This document shows positions 1 through 12,660 of a stretch of 64,000 nt of DNA, in pieces. Positions within the stretch are counted from its first letter, which is position 1. Each line of letters starts with the position of its first letter. The translations under genes were made by a program, and so were the position numbers. Location of the stretch: positions 27,528,001 to 27,592,000 of the forward strand of contig OZ365112.1 in assembly GCA_977030845.1 (NCBI GenBank), in the 5' to 3' direction. The notes beneath the pieces were generated by a model. That model was not told the origin of the DNA. It saw nothing but the letters and a program-made list of their open reading frames with translations, and made no database searches. Source of the DNA: Fimbriosthenelais zetlandica. Its lineage: Eukaryota.

Positions 1-1800
1 GTTCATTTGAATTTAAAATGAGAAAGTTTATTTTGCCTTTGCTGATTTTTTTTTTAAGAATCATCAGGACAGCATATTATAGCATTTTGTCCTAGTTCTG
101 GCTCATCCTATTACTGATAATGTACCTTTTGATAAGTGATGTCTTGCATTCTCAAAGATTCTGATAAAGGTGGCCTAGGATGCGTAACATTTTCTTCCGA
201 CTCTTTAAAAGTCATATTAAGGTTCAATTGGTTCATATTTTGTACTCTGGAATATACAAGTGTGCTTTCCTCCAGGTTCTAGCCCACAATAAATGAACTC
301 AAAGTGACTCGTTACCAAAAAACTCGAGTATAGCATGAGTTCTATATCAGGAGAAGTACATCGGAGACAGATGCAAAATGTATTTGGGAGAAAAACCAAC
401 AATATTCACTTGTAAATTGATTAAGTAACTACCTGAACGATCTGTCAGATGCAACAAATTTACGGATCTTCGTAGAGTGACTGATCTGAGTCCATACAGT
501 GACGGATCTGCCTCTCTCCCATCCCCCCGCACCCCCTCCTCCCCAAACCCCCACCCCACTCCCACTTGTTCCACTATGAAATCCAGCCAAAAGATCCCAT
601 ACAAATCCACCCATCCCCTTGTGTGACACATTATTGGATCGTTGCCAGGACAATGGCGTCCAAAACTTCTGACGACCAAAAGCATGGAAGAGGAACTAAG
701 CAGTTAATAGGCTATATAGATGAGTTAACGATTTACTGGAGAACCATTGAAATGTGTTGAAGTGTGTACCATTGGGAAAGTTAACCTTGAATGATGTGGA
801 TTTTCCAGATTAGGGCTTAAGGTCATAGAGGTTTAGGAGGGGAAAGTAGCCCTAAATATATGTTTGGCTTAGGGAAGCAATTATGTAGCCACACTCGAGC
901 CTTTGTGACTGTCAGCCAGTTTTGATAGGCCCCTTTCACAACCACATGTCCTGGGATATGTGAGAAGGACAATATTAAGATTATTTCGTCTGATATTCAA
1001 CCATTGCCCTTTAATCTAGTACATGTGGGTAAGTTAATATTTGTGGAATTTTCTCTTCGCAATCTCGCGCCGTTTGTGGTTGTGAATCAGATGTGTATCT
1101 TAAATGGTTTGGACATTTTGAACCTTTATTCCCAATTGGTTTGTCCACCTGCAGATCCTGGTCGGTTGGCATATATCCCCTAACGTTCAGTCTAAAGTTA
1201 CAGATTAATTAAAGTGAATAATATGCTTCCTATAATGTATAACATTCCTGATGATACATGAACTTTGCACTTTCTCAAATTAAACAAAAAATGGAAACCA
1301 ATGTGCAATACCCATATCGTAGGCCTAATGAATTTCTCGCTGGCCTATTTTTTCCTGTTGGCAATCCACGAACCAAGGTTCCATTCCCTCGGTTCCACCA
1401 CATGCATGCAACTCCGGTGACGGTGGTGGCTTGCCAATGAGTTACCACTGCCAACCAACGTTAAGGAAGCATGACCAACTAACTCTCAGTCACTCCTAAA
1501 CTCGCGTGATCTCCGAGATGGCCGCGTCTTTGATATATCCACATAGACGTGACAGGGATTTGGAGAAAATCCAAAATTCTCCACTATTTAGGTTAAGTTT
1601 GGATTGATGTAGGAAGGGAAATTTATACCGATGTAATATATTTTGTGTTAATTACAAGGTTCAAGCTTTTTAGAAAGAAAGATCGGGACATAAACATTAT
1701 AGGCAAGGTCATGGTAGTGTTTCATGGAAATGTTTGCACAGATTGTGACATGTGTTTGTTCTTTCATGAATGTTAACGTAAAGTATTTTATTGAATAATA

Positions 1801-1880
1801 TACAGTACAATCTCTCTAATACGACCACCTTTGGGTGCATAATTGTGGTCGTATAGTGAGATGGTTTCAAATGAAACTTT
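1801..1880 (+). mobile_element. Fragment of a pogo/Tigger-like MITE end
   Basis: Begins TACAGTACAATCTCTC and has an internal ACGACCAC...GTGGTCGT hairpin. Related gcgaccac/gtggtc fragments lie at about 4725-4750, 10050-10200, 43380-43435 and 43855-43920. Confidence 0.4.
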
Positions 1881-2747
1881 TGTACATATGCTCTGAAACT
1901 TCGCCTTAGTCCTTAAGCTTAAGGCCAGATCCACTGGACACAACAAAATAGCTCTTACTACTTCCGTCGTAAGAGTTTTAAACCCCCTTTAGGCCTGTGT
2001 CCCAAGGCCTGAATCTCAAGACCTAGCTCCCCCTATCGTAGATTCCACCTCAGAACCTAGCAATCTTATACAATTACCTCATATATACATCATTTATTTC
2101 CTCATCCTTGTTTTTCTCCGGTACTTTGTATTTTTTAAGCATCTATATCACACACTTCCCATGTTATGACTGCCTTACTATCATCCATGTATTACAGTAA
2201 TGTACCTGGACCCATGCCTAAATGGAATAGAACATAATATGAGATAATATAAGATAATAAAGCATAATAAGACGGTAGGCTGTAACCTTGACTGATCATT
2301 TAAAGCTGTGTGGAGGTTAAGTGTGGCTTGTGAGGTGGACGGCGAGACTAATACACACATTATGACTGAGTCAGATTAGGCCTATTACATCATTATACAT
2401 GTATAAAACATGCTAGCTTTGGACCTCATCTTAATGACACACTTTAGGCTGTTTATTTGTTATGATCATGACACTTAAGGCACTCAAAACGGTTTCATTC
2501 ACAAGGATATAATAATGGCCTTATACGTACATGCGTACTAGAAATTACTACTAGTTATTGGCGAGAGTGTTTGGCATAACAAATCAGTTCTATTGTGGAA
2601 AAAGATCGCATGGAGATTTCTCTTCACATCAAGACATACTTAATAAGTATCTTCCCCTTGCTGTACTTGAAAAAGGACAAAAATATACTCACTTACTAAT
2701 CTTTATGATATAATGCAATTGGGTTGGGAAATAAAATGGACTTATCC

Positions 2748-2850
2748 CTAATCAGAGGGAGCCGCATACGACACCTCAAGAACTTGGCACTGTGAGAAAG
2801 TGTTCACTATATGGAGGTGTTCACTAATCAGAGGGAGCCGTATACAACAC
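2748..2850 (+). repeat. Dispersed copy of a 76-bp unit repeat (1.3 units), near-identical to 61570-61672
   Basis: ctaatcagagggagccg recurs at 2748 and 2824 (period 76); the same unit occurs at 61570 and 61646. Confidence 0.85.
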
Positions 2851-4089
2851 ATAAACTTTGAACTTGCATTTATAATGATAATGATTTATAATGATTAAGA
2901 GATTTTATGCGGGATTTCTGATTTAACTTTCACTGTTGGGGCGTGTATAATGGTAGCAGCCGATTCCCTATCTATATGCCTACAGTTCGTCCTCTGGGTG
3001 GCATATCTTGTCTTTTACAGACATTGTACATTGGCATGAAATTACAGCTTATGTTGCACGGCCAATTTGACATGTCAAAAACTCTTCCAAACGTCCTTTG
3101 GCAACTGTTGCCACTTATTTCGAGTTGGATCATGGAAAAGACCTATAGGTAAGCTAGACATTGTTGACTGATGTAATTAGAAAAACCTTGGCAACAACTC
3201 ATAGACACTATAACAAGGACAACGTTTTAGGCCCACTTTTGAAAGATCCGATAATTTGATTCCGGTGTTGATAAGCTCGAATCTGTAGGCATTTGTGCCA
3301 AGGCAGTTAATTGTGAAATTTACAATGACAGAAACCTTGAGTTTTAGTGAGATTTATGGGTGAAATCATAACAAAAGGACATGGTTTCTGACAAAAAAAG
3401 GACATGGGCAATTTAACAAATATTTGTATTTTAGATCCGTCCTAGATTAAGTGCAAGCTATAAATTGTTGGTTCCAAATTTTGCTGTCAAAAGGGGAACA
3501 ATTGGGCTCGAGAATTAAGGGGAACTATATTTGACCTAAGGAACCTAGTGGCAAAAAGGAATCCTCCCGTGGTTACTAATATGTTTTTGAAGAAGAGGTC
3601 TTTTGGAGCCTGTTTCTTTCTTTGGACTCCAGGGTTAAGGTTTCATTGTAAGCTTTGTCTTACTTCCTTTTGGACCTATCCACGCATCTGCATTGAATGA
3701 AAAAATTGGTCATATGTACACAACGGCCCTAAATAAATCTACTCTTGAAAACTATATAAATCAAATTGAAAAAGAAAATAGATTTATGACTAGTGTGAAA
3801 TCCGAAAATTAATTTCGCGTGGAGAATATTAAAGCTTATTTGTCCTTGGATAGCGTGATTGGGGCAGATAAAGCATGGAGGGCCATCGTTCATAGTGTCG
3901 ACCTTGCTGCCCTCCCCCCCCACATACCTCCATCCTATACATATAGGCCTACCACTAATTACCACCCCTCACATCTCACCCGTCTCATTAAGCTCTACTC
4001 CCAGACATCTCCAACCTAATTAATTAGGTCACAGGTCAGGGGTCATGGACTGACACGATATGTAGGTCATGTGGATCCAAGGGGAAATG

Positions 4090-4460
4090 ACAGGACTGTG
4101 GATGATTTAGTTTGGTTGGGGGAGGGTGGTTTGGTCGTTGTGGTGGTGGGTGGTGGGTGGTGGGGTGGTGGGGTGGTGGGGTGGTGGGGTGGTGGGGTGG
4201 TGGGGTTGATTTGGTCGTTGTGGTGGTGGGTGGGGTTGGTTTGGTCGTTGTCGGGGTGGGTGGTGGGGTGGTGGGGTTGATTTGGTCGTTGTGGTGGTGG
4301 GTGGTGGGGTGCTAGGGTTGATTTGGTCGTTGTGGTGGTGGGTGGCGTTGGTTTGGTCGTTGTGGTGGTGGGGTGGTGGGGTTGGTGGGAGGGGTTGGTT
4401 TGGTTGAAGGTTGGTTGGTGTGTGGGTGTGTGGGGAGGTTGGTTTGGTTGGTGTGTGGGT
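4090..4460. repeat. G/T-rich degenerate tandem repeat (GGT/GGGGT runs with a recurring ttggtcgttgtggtgg)
   Basis: Visible low-complexity array with many G3+ runs and G-quadruplex potential. Confidence 0.9.
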
Positions 4461-7270
4461 TTATGGGGAGGTTGTCTTGGCTAAATTAGAGGGCAGGCGT
4501 ACTAACCGTGAATTGTCATTATTATTGTCTTAGTAGATATTACACAATGCTCCTTGTTCGTGATTATATGTTTCACCTCGATCCGCGCACAGAGAAACCC
4601 TCGTAATGTGAGAGACTTGACAGTTTTCGCAACACTTTTTTTCTTATGGAAAGACCTGTAATTTTGCTTGAATTATAGTTTACCATATGGGGGTGCATGA
4701 TTAGGCGAAAATTATTTATGAGAGTTTTTAAAGACCGCATAGGTGGTCTTTAGAATTTTCTTCCGTTCTTCTTGAAAACTATAAAAAAATAATAAATAAA
4801 TTATATAGATTATTCTTTCATTGTCAGACCCATAATTTTTAATAGATACAAATGACTAGGTCTCTAGTTACTATTTAATTCAGTATTTAGTATAGATATT
4901 TATTTTATTTTTTTTGCAATATTGCAGTGAAGTACCTGGCCCACTTTTTCTCTTCTCAACGCTTTCATTTGCTATCCAATGCCTTCGGCGACCACACCTT
5001 GCATTCAAATGCATATAGCATGAGAATTCTTTTTTTATAAATTAAAATAAAAGGTCCAATATTAGTATTTATAAGGCATAAATTATGACTTTCCCGCCGT
5101 TTGAGACTGCGATGACTTTTATCTGTGTCTAAATCATACACATGCATATATCGTCACCTCGATCAAGGCGTCCTCCTCAGGTCTACCTGCCTACAAGGTG
5201 TCACAAAAATCTTGAAAAATGTGGCCATATTTAGGAGTTATTTGCAATGCATTGACATTCAATACATTCGCAGCACCCTCACTTAGAACTTAGAATCAAA
5301 CTCCAGTTGAATCGTGCCAACATTTTTAATTCGATAACAGAACGAATGGCAAGCCTATCGCCCGAAATTCTACTCGTCGCCTTTAGATCGCTTCCATAAG
5401 AGATACGCCTACCCCGTCACCCCCAGTGTCCATTTTGGACCCCCGAAGGCCCTTTCGGACCCCCAAATACTCTTTCAAATATTCAAGTTCCCCTTCCAAA
5501 AGCCAAGACAAAATTTTACCCTAGTGCAATTTCAATCAGCCGATCTGTTGTTATCACATAAGTGGAGCTAAGGCAATATAGTCCGTTGTTCGGCTATTCT
5601 ATCTTAAGACACCGTTTTATACATGAAAATATTTTTTGGCTGAGGATAATTATTGCATTTTTCATGACAAGCGTGTAGACATGTAAGGTACATGTTAGTT
5701 GAGACATAAATATGTACATATCCCATCCAGTATTTAGTAGGGGCAGTGACCCAGCAAGGAAGGGTCGGGGGAAAGACCTTTGTTTCAACTTACTAAGACC
5801 AGAAACAATCGATCAATGTCAACGTCATGAAACGACGCCAAATGACGTCATGCACGAGTGACGTCACACTAGGATGAACTCGACTGATATGAGCGCCGAG
5901 CTGGGGAATGACATGTTCCTATGAGAAATTTCCTTTCCTTCTCACTCACTATATAGCTCTCTGTCTCCGCACTCCTCTCTCCCCGTTCCTGTTCCCTCCC
6001 TTGCACTTTTCTACTGCTCTCCCTCTCCTTCAGTCTTTTTCAATTTTTCTTTCCTCCTTAATAATATGAATTGATGCGTGTTTTGTCAGGGTATGGGAAC
6101 TGTGGATCAACTATATAGGGGTATATATTGGTATAAAATAAGTTTAAAAACGTATAAAGTTTATAAAGAATTGTGCAGTACAAATATGCAAATTGAAAAC
6201 TGAGGGCTTGGTATAGTCCAACGAGCACTCGGGAAAACTTATTTTGGACACTTCAAAAACCTTTAAAAGCCTATATTGTCAATTCTAAAACCTATTAAAA
6301 AGCTATAACTTGTGCCGGTGGCACTCTGATGCGAGGTCAATGAACTAGTCCTGAATTCTACAATATTTATATAATATAATGCACCTTTCCTATTAATATT
6401 ACTTATACCATTAGTGGGTGCCTTGATCTTACAGGACATTGAACCCTCCCCTTATAATATATTCAATCAATCATTATTTTTTATCATCATCGTTATTTCA
6501 TAATTATAATTATATATGATTGGAAATTGTCATGAATGTGCGGATTGTAACCTAGTTTTATAAGCATTATTTCTAATTGCATAACGCGTTCATTGTGACA
6601 TTCCTAACAAGTATTACGATTTTCTTTCTCCAAAAATACAGCAAAAGCTCAATAAAATGAATACAGTTGGGACTATGAAATCAGAATCTCATCTTTGACA
6701 CATCAATAACTTTATATTATCTCCATGCAGTCTCGTACAAAACTACATGTGTCTGCAAATAAATTCTCAAAAATCGCTCAATAATGAGGCTCGGGTATGT
6801 ACCCAACTATTTCCACTCAACGTATCCCTCCCCCCTGCACATCAAAGCGTTTGTTCTTCTTATTTTTCATTCACAATTTTATTATATATTTCCAGACCGC
6901 CTTTCAACCTCCCGACCAAATGAAAGACCCATCACAAGCGATCGACAAAACGGTGAGTAAGCCATCTCACAAATCAACAATGCTATATTCCTTATGAGAT
7001 TTTAACAAGTTTTTTTTATATAATGTAAGAGGATGGATGGAGATAAAAGTATTGAATGTTTGTCATGTTTTATGGGCTTTATTGCCCATTGTAGTGAGGG
7101 AGAGTCGTAACCAGGGGTAACAATAGGAGGGGGAGACGGGGAGTGGTGCGGGGTTATATAGTCTAGATGTATGTCTCTGCAGGTGCGTATTGGGGGAATA
7201 TATCACTGTGACAATGAGTCTATGACAATCAGTAGTCAGATGGGGAGATGTACTAGTTGGTGATTTCTAC

Positions 7271-7700
7271 TCATGGAAGAGGGGGAGGGAGGAGTGAATG
7301 AAAGGAAGGATGGGTATGGATTGATATCATGGAAGGAAGGATGGAGAAGGGAGGAAGAGAGATGGCTGGAAATAATGAATAAAGTATAGGTGGAAGGATG
7401 GGTGGGAGATTGGGGGTTGGGGTGGGTGAATGCATTGAATGAGGGAGAGATAAGAGGGAGGGGAAAGGATGGATGGGTGGAGGGATGGTGGTTGGATGGA
7501 TGGATGGATGGATTTGGTGTGGATGGAGGGGTGCCTTGATGGGTGGATGGAAAGAAGGATGGATCGAAGATTCCGGGATATTGGAAAGACAGGGGAGGAG
7601 AAAATGAATGAATAGAACGTATAGAACCTTTAGAGTATATGATCTAAGCATGGAGGGATGAATGAATGAATGGATGGATGGTGGATGAATAGATACACTA
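7271..7700. repeat. Degenerate (GGAT)n/purine-rich simple repeat
   Basis: Repeated atgg/ggaagg/ggat motifs. Confidence 0.85.
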
Positions 7701-9290
7701 TTCCATTGATCAGATACAAATCTCATAACACTTCACAGCTAAATCAGTTTCCTCAGAGACCCCCACACATCCCACCATTCTTCCCAACCCCAAACAATCC
7801 CGCCTTTTTATGAACACCCCGACCACCTCCTGTACCGCAGAGAATGAAAAGCATGGCTGGGGATCGAGAGGCAGAACTTGTAGCTTACAAACCTGTGTCA
7901 TGAGAAGATTGCCAGCTTTTAAACACTTTACTTCTCGTTTTACTTCTGCCTATTGTTGGCTCAGTGGAGTAACAAATTACTGCGCGACCATCCCTGACAA
8001 TAGGTACAATACTCTCTCTGTCTCCACACAATACACACACGAACCGCAACTTACTTCAAAATGCATCCAAATGTTCACAACCAACTAAATTTTACTGCTC
8101 AACACTCAGAAATATCCAAATCATGAAGTCAAGATTTGTACCTATATTTCCCAGTCTTGTATACGTTGTCCCTCAAGATTGAGTTTGAATATATTTTTAT
8201 GGGTTTGTACTTCAATCTTTAAGATGTAATTTAAATATTTGTTGAGTTTGAAAATTAAATTGTCGAAAAATCTGGCGTCAGGTGCGGACAATAACATATG
8301 AAGCCCGCTCCCAAATGACCATCATAACTCCTCCGTCAAGTCACCACAGTTTGAGAAAATTCTAGATTTTTGGAGATAAAGTTTCACCGCTCCCCTCAGA
8401 CCCACTGCAAAGTTGGAATCGATTATTTCCATCATTTTTGGTTGCTATGGCAATTTAGCTGTCATCCCCTTGGCGACCTCTGGACCGAGTGCTCGCCCGA
8501 GAATAAGGTATTGAATGACGTCATTTATAATCGCAGCTGACGTTGACGTCGCAATGGCCTCGCATTTGTAACTGATATTTGTCTTTTTGTAAGAAATTGG
8601 CACTGTGATATGTAGATTTGTAACTGATATTTTGAGGTTTTTCCACAGTGGAAGGGCATTGTGTTTTCAAGTCGTTTACACGAGTCAGAAATGGGAGATA
8701 AACGTAGGCAAATTTGTCTTCACCTGTCATAATATTGTGTAGATATTTTTTTTAATCAAAGTTTTGGCCATCTTTTTCTGCAATTAGAATCAAATCCTAT
8801 AAATTTAACCAATCAAACCATTCGACAATAGAATATTTTTTTTCAGTCAGTAGAAGCTTTATTATTCAACAAATTGATTTTTTTCGGCCTATAGAATCGA
8901 CAATAGGCCTATTTGGCCAATAAATTAGAATCTTTATTATTCAACTATTAAAATATTTTCATTCAGTTAACTAAAATGAATGAATCCTTACTAAATTATT
9001 CATGAAAACAATCTCTAGTAGAATCTCTAGCCTATATACCCCAAGTTCCACAAGGAATAATCCACAATCCACAGCATGATTGCCAAAACAAAAGTAGTCT
9101 GGAATCGACCCCGCTGTGAATAAGATGTATTTAATATAATGTTGTATTAGTTTTAAATGAACTCAGCCGAGTGTGTAGCAACCGTTTTAGATTTAATTAT
9201 CTTCCATAAAAACGTTTTGCCGGGTCACGTTGCCCGGTCATGTGTAACGGTGTGTGTCTATGATATATGTGAGATCTTGGCTGATAAAGC

Positions 9291-10037
9291 CTATGATAAA
9301 CATGGCTGCTGTGTCAAGCTTTTTATCATAAACTTCTTCATTCATGAGAGAACGTCATAATTCATGCTCTCGATGATTTCAAATCTAGTTTCAAAAAAAA
9401 TATTCCAAAATTCATTAACCTTTCTGTACTGGACTGTTTGTATGAAATGATTTTGAGGACTTGGAACTTTTCTCGTAGCTTATAGGCGAGTCCTCTGTCA
9501 TAATAAGTCGACAACATGTTTCCTTCCTGTCCTGAGAAGTTACTGTCTGGACATGGAACCCATTTCTGTCTCTGCAGTGGAGTTGCACTATTCACCACAT
9601 TAACAGCTTGTTAGCGTTAATAATCAAATTAAACCCAAGGGGGTCCGGCGCGGATTCAGGGAGTCCCAACCCCACTGTTGGAGACATTTTTTGGGATGAG
9701 TGACCCACCTGCATCAGCCCCCTCCACCCCACCCCAACCCTTGTCCAAAGACATGGCTATGATAAACATGGCTGCTGTGTCAAGCTTTTTATCATAAACT
9801 TCTTCATTCATGAGAGAACGTCATAATTCATGCTCTCGATGATTTCAAATCTAGTTTCAAAAACATATTCAAAATTCATTAACCTTTCTGTACTGGACTG
9901 TTTGTATGAAATGATTTTGAGGACTTGGAACTTTTCTCGGTGCTTATAGGCGAGTCCTCTGTCATAATAGGCCGACAACATGTTTCCTCCCTGTGCTGAG
10001 AATTGCTGGCTGGACATTGAATCCATTGCTGTCTCTG
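9291..10037 (+). repeat. Direct duplication of about 283 bp (9291-9574 and 9757-10037) separated by about 180 bp
   Basis: Both copies start ctatgataaacatggctgctgtgtcaagc and stay alignable to ...ctgtctctg. Confidence 0.92.
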
Positions 10038-11879
10038 GATATAAGTTGAATCTCACTAATGCGACCAACTTTGGGGCTGTGGCCCTAGAATGGGATGGTC
10101 ACATTTGAGAATGTTCATTGCGCATTATGTCTTAATAATTTCATAATACATTCTGGTCATTTACTGGTCGCATATGTGGTCGCTTTAATGGGAAGCACTA
10201 TATTCCTAATGCAATTGGAATGAAAGTTGAATAAAAGATGTCTATAGATATAAAGTCACATAGGCCAATATAGGGAAACAAATGGACAGATTTTCCAAAG
10301 CACGAAGAAAGTTTGTAGGACGCTAGAGAAAAAGAGAAAGCAAAGATATAGGAAGAAGAATACAAATCAATAGTACAGAACAGGCGGAGAGCAAAGCATC
10401 CCTAGCTCGCCTTGCAAACATCTCAATGCACCAATCAACTTCACAAGTGTCCCCAACCACCAAACCCCGCCTATTCCCACGCTGTCATTGGTTCCAGCGT
10501 CTCTCCCAACCACCACCCCCCTCCCCCTCCCCCTACCTCACCCCACCAACCACTCTCTCTAATTAATAGATTGTGCCATACTCCAGTGGCTGATGACAAA
10601 ATCGCCCCCAACCAAGCAAGCACCACTGTTGGGGAGTCAGGTATCGGGTCTGACTTTTTCTCTGCCCCTCTCTTTTCAATGGTGAAAGCCCTGAATGACC
10701 AGGACTCAATGAGCACCTCTCGATTGCTCCTCTGGGACCGGAAGCTTTCCCCTCGTTCCATCCAGTATGCCTCGAGCCAGAGCTCTTTCAGACCGAGCGA
10801 GCGACTCCCTTTCTCTCTTTTCCCCTACCTCCCTCCCCTCCCCCTCTCCCGCCCCGCCGCCCCACTTTATTTCGCCAACAACAAACCCACAAAAACCATT
10901 CGGGGATCAAGGTTATTAGATGGTCCAAGGGACCGAGCAATATTTCAATTTTCTCTTTGCTTTCTTGCCCGGGCTATTCATTGCACCCCCAGGCACATGC
11001 TGAGGGAATGAGGGGAAGTTAGGGAGAAGGGAAAGGGAAGGAGAGAATGGGAGGTATGGAGAAAAGGGGAGGAAAGTAGGATATAAGATTTGTTAGTCGT
11101 GTGCTGAGCATGCAGAATCAAATAAGATAGAAGTGTAATAATATCATTCAACTTGAAGTCCACACTATAGATCATGCATTTTTGGAAACTAAATTTGAAT
11201 TGAAGGCTGTATCTAAATAGAATGCTTCATAAAACTTCAGAACATTGATCCTGACACTTTTACATATGTATATTAAGTAGCAATAGTTCATTTGCCTTAA
11301 GCCGCAATTTGAAAGTCGAGAGATTGGCGAGTAGGCATTGACCATCCAATCTGTAAGTAGTATACCAAAAGTGGACAGATTGGATGGCTCCTGGACTCCT
11401 TGTCCTTGCTTTGCTGTCTTAAGAATGGGCCCATGAAATCTTGTATGGCTATATATTTAAGTTTAACCTTTATTTCAATGCAACCGTCCTGGGCCTATGA
11501 ACCCGATATGTGGACCCATTTTACAATTAACCAACCTCCAATATGTCTGGCGAGAGTCACAGAATTAGATACATTTCTCTCCATTTGGGTTTGCCACTGT
11601 AGCCCTGTGCACTTGGGATGATAGCTTTACTCATCAATAGCTGTGTCAATATTTCTAGGACATTTGGCTGGTGTATCTATTCTATTATGTCTGAACGCTT
11701 TATAGCCGGGCCAGAATCAGTGGTCACATTGAGCTATGTGTAGATGGAGATTAATCTGCTGGCACCCATTTAGAGCATCTGCCCCTTACAGCGCCCATGT
11801 CCAAATCAGATAGTGGTTTAACAGGTCACTAAATAATGACATCAATCAAGACCCTCCTCCTACTGCTCCTCACTAATGT

Positions 11880-12250
11880 ACCACGTGACCAAAGACCCGT
11901 CTCACGTGACCCAGGCCACGTGACTCGTCCCATCATTCACCGCTGCCCTCCGCCATCTTGGATTGGTCGCTGCTGCTGGCTGCGTGGACCTCGACTTCCG
12001 GCGCTGCGGGGGGTCGTGACGTCAGCAGCGGGGCCATTACTCGGCGGCGGAGGAAGATCCATCTTCAGACGCTTTGTACCTCTCACTTCCGGTCTGCGCG
12101 CGCACCGCCCGGTCCATAAAGCGCCGTGAATGGATCCACTAGGCCGGCAAATGGAACGGAAGTTGTTAAATCTTAATCACGCACTTCCTCCCTCTCTCTC
12201 TCTTTCTCCCGTCCACCGCGCCCTTCATGTTGGCAGCGGTCACGTGGCAT
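11880..12250. promoter_or_regulatory. CpG-rich promoter-like island with housekeeping-type motifs and no attached coding gene
   Basis: CACGTGAC at 11882, 11903 and 11917; GTCACGTG at 12239; CCGCCATCTTG (YY1) at 11950; GATTGG (CCAAT box, reverse) at 11961; ETS ACTTCCGG at 11994 and 12085 and CGGAAGT at 12157; TGACGTCA at 12017; TGCGCGCGCA at 12095. Confidence 0.65.
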
Positions 12251-12521
12251 TGCTGGCCTCGTTCTGAGGGCGCTGTCAGGATTTGGAGTATTATGGGATG
12301 GCGGGAGGATATTAAGGGGAAGAGGGCATGATGGGGTAGTGATCAATGGACACCCCAGAGGTAAATAAATTATCAGCGGATAAAAGGGGTAAGGACAAAC
12401 AAAGATGACCGCATATAAAACATATCCATTAAGATGTATTAGATGTAAATTATCACGTAATCAGTGTTGGCCGTATAGGATACAGCCATGAAGTATTTAC
12501 ACTTCATTACGTGTCACCATT

Positions 12522-12660
12522 TTCACCACATTAACAGCTTGTTAGCGTTAATAATCAAATTAAACCCAAGGGGGTCCGGCGCGGATTCAGGGGGTCAGGT
12601 CCCAAACCCCCTTTTGGAGACATATTTTCTGGGGGGGCAACTCTTGTCCAAAAACATGGA
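12522..12660 (+). repeat. Second copy of the segment at 9591-9756
   Basis: ttcaccacattaacagcttgttagcgttaataatcaaattaaacccaagggg...ccggcgcggattcaggg is shared, as is ttgtccaaa.acatgg at the end. Confidence 0.9.

Noticed and set aside
10412-11011. 199-aa ORF
   Set aside because: Starts at TTG, is low-complexity (poly-C derived prolines), and has no recognisable domain or splice context; the region looks regulatory.
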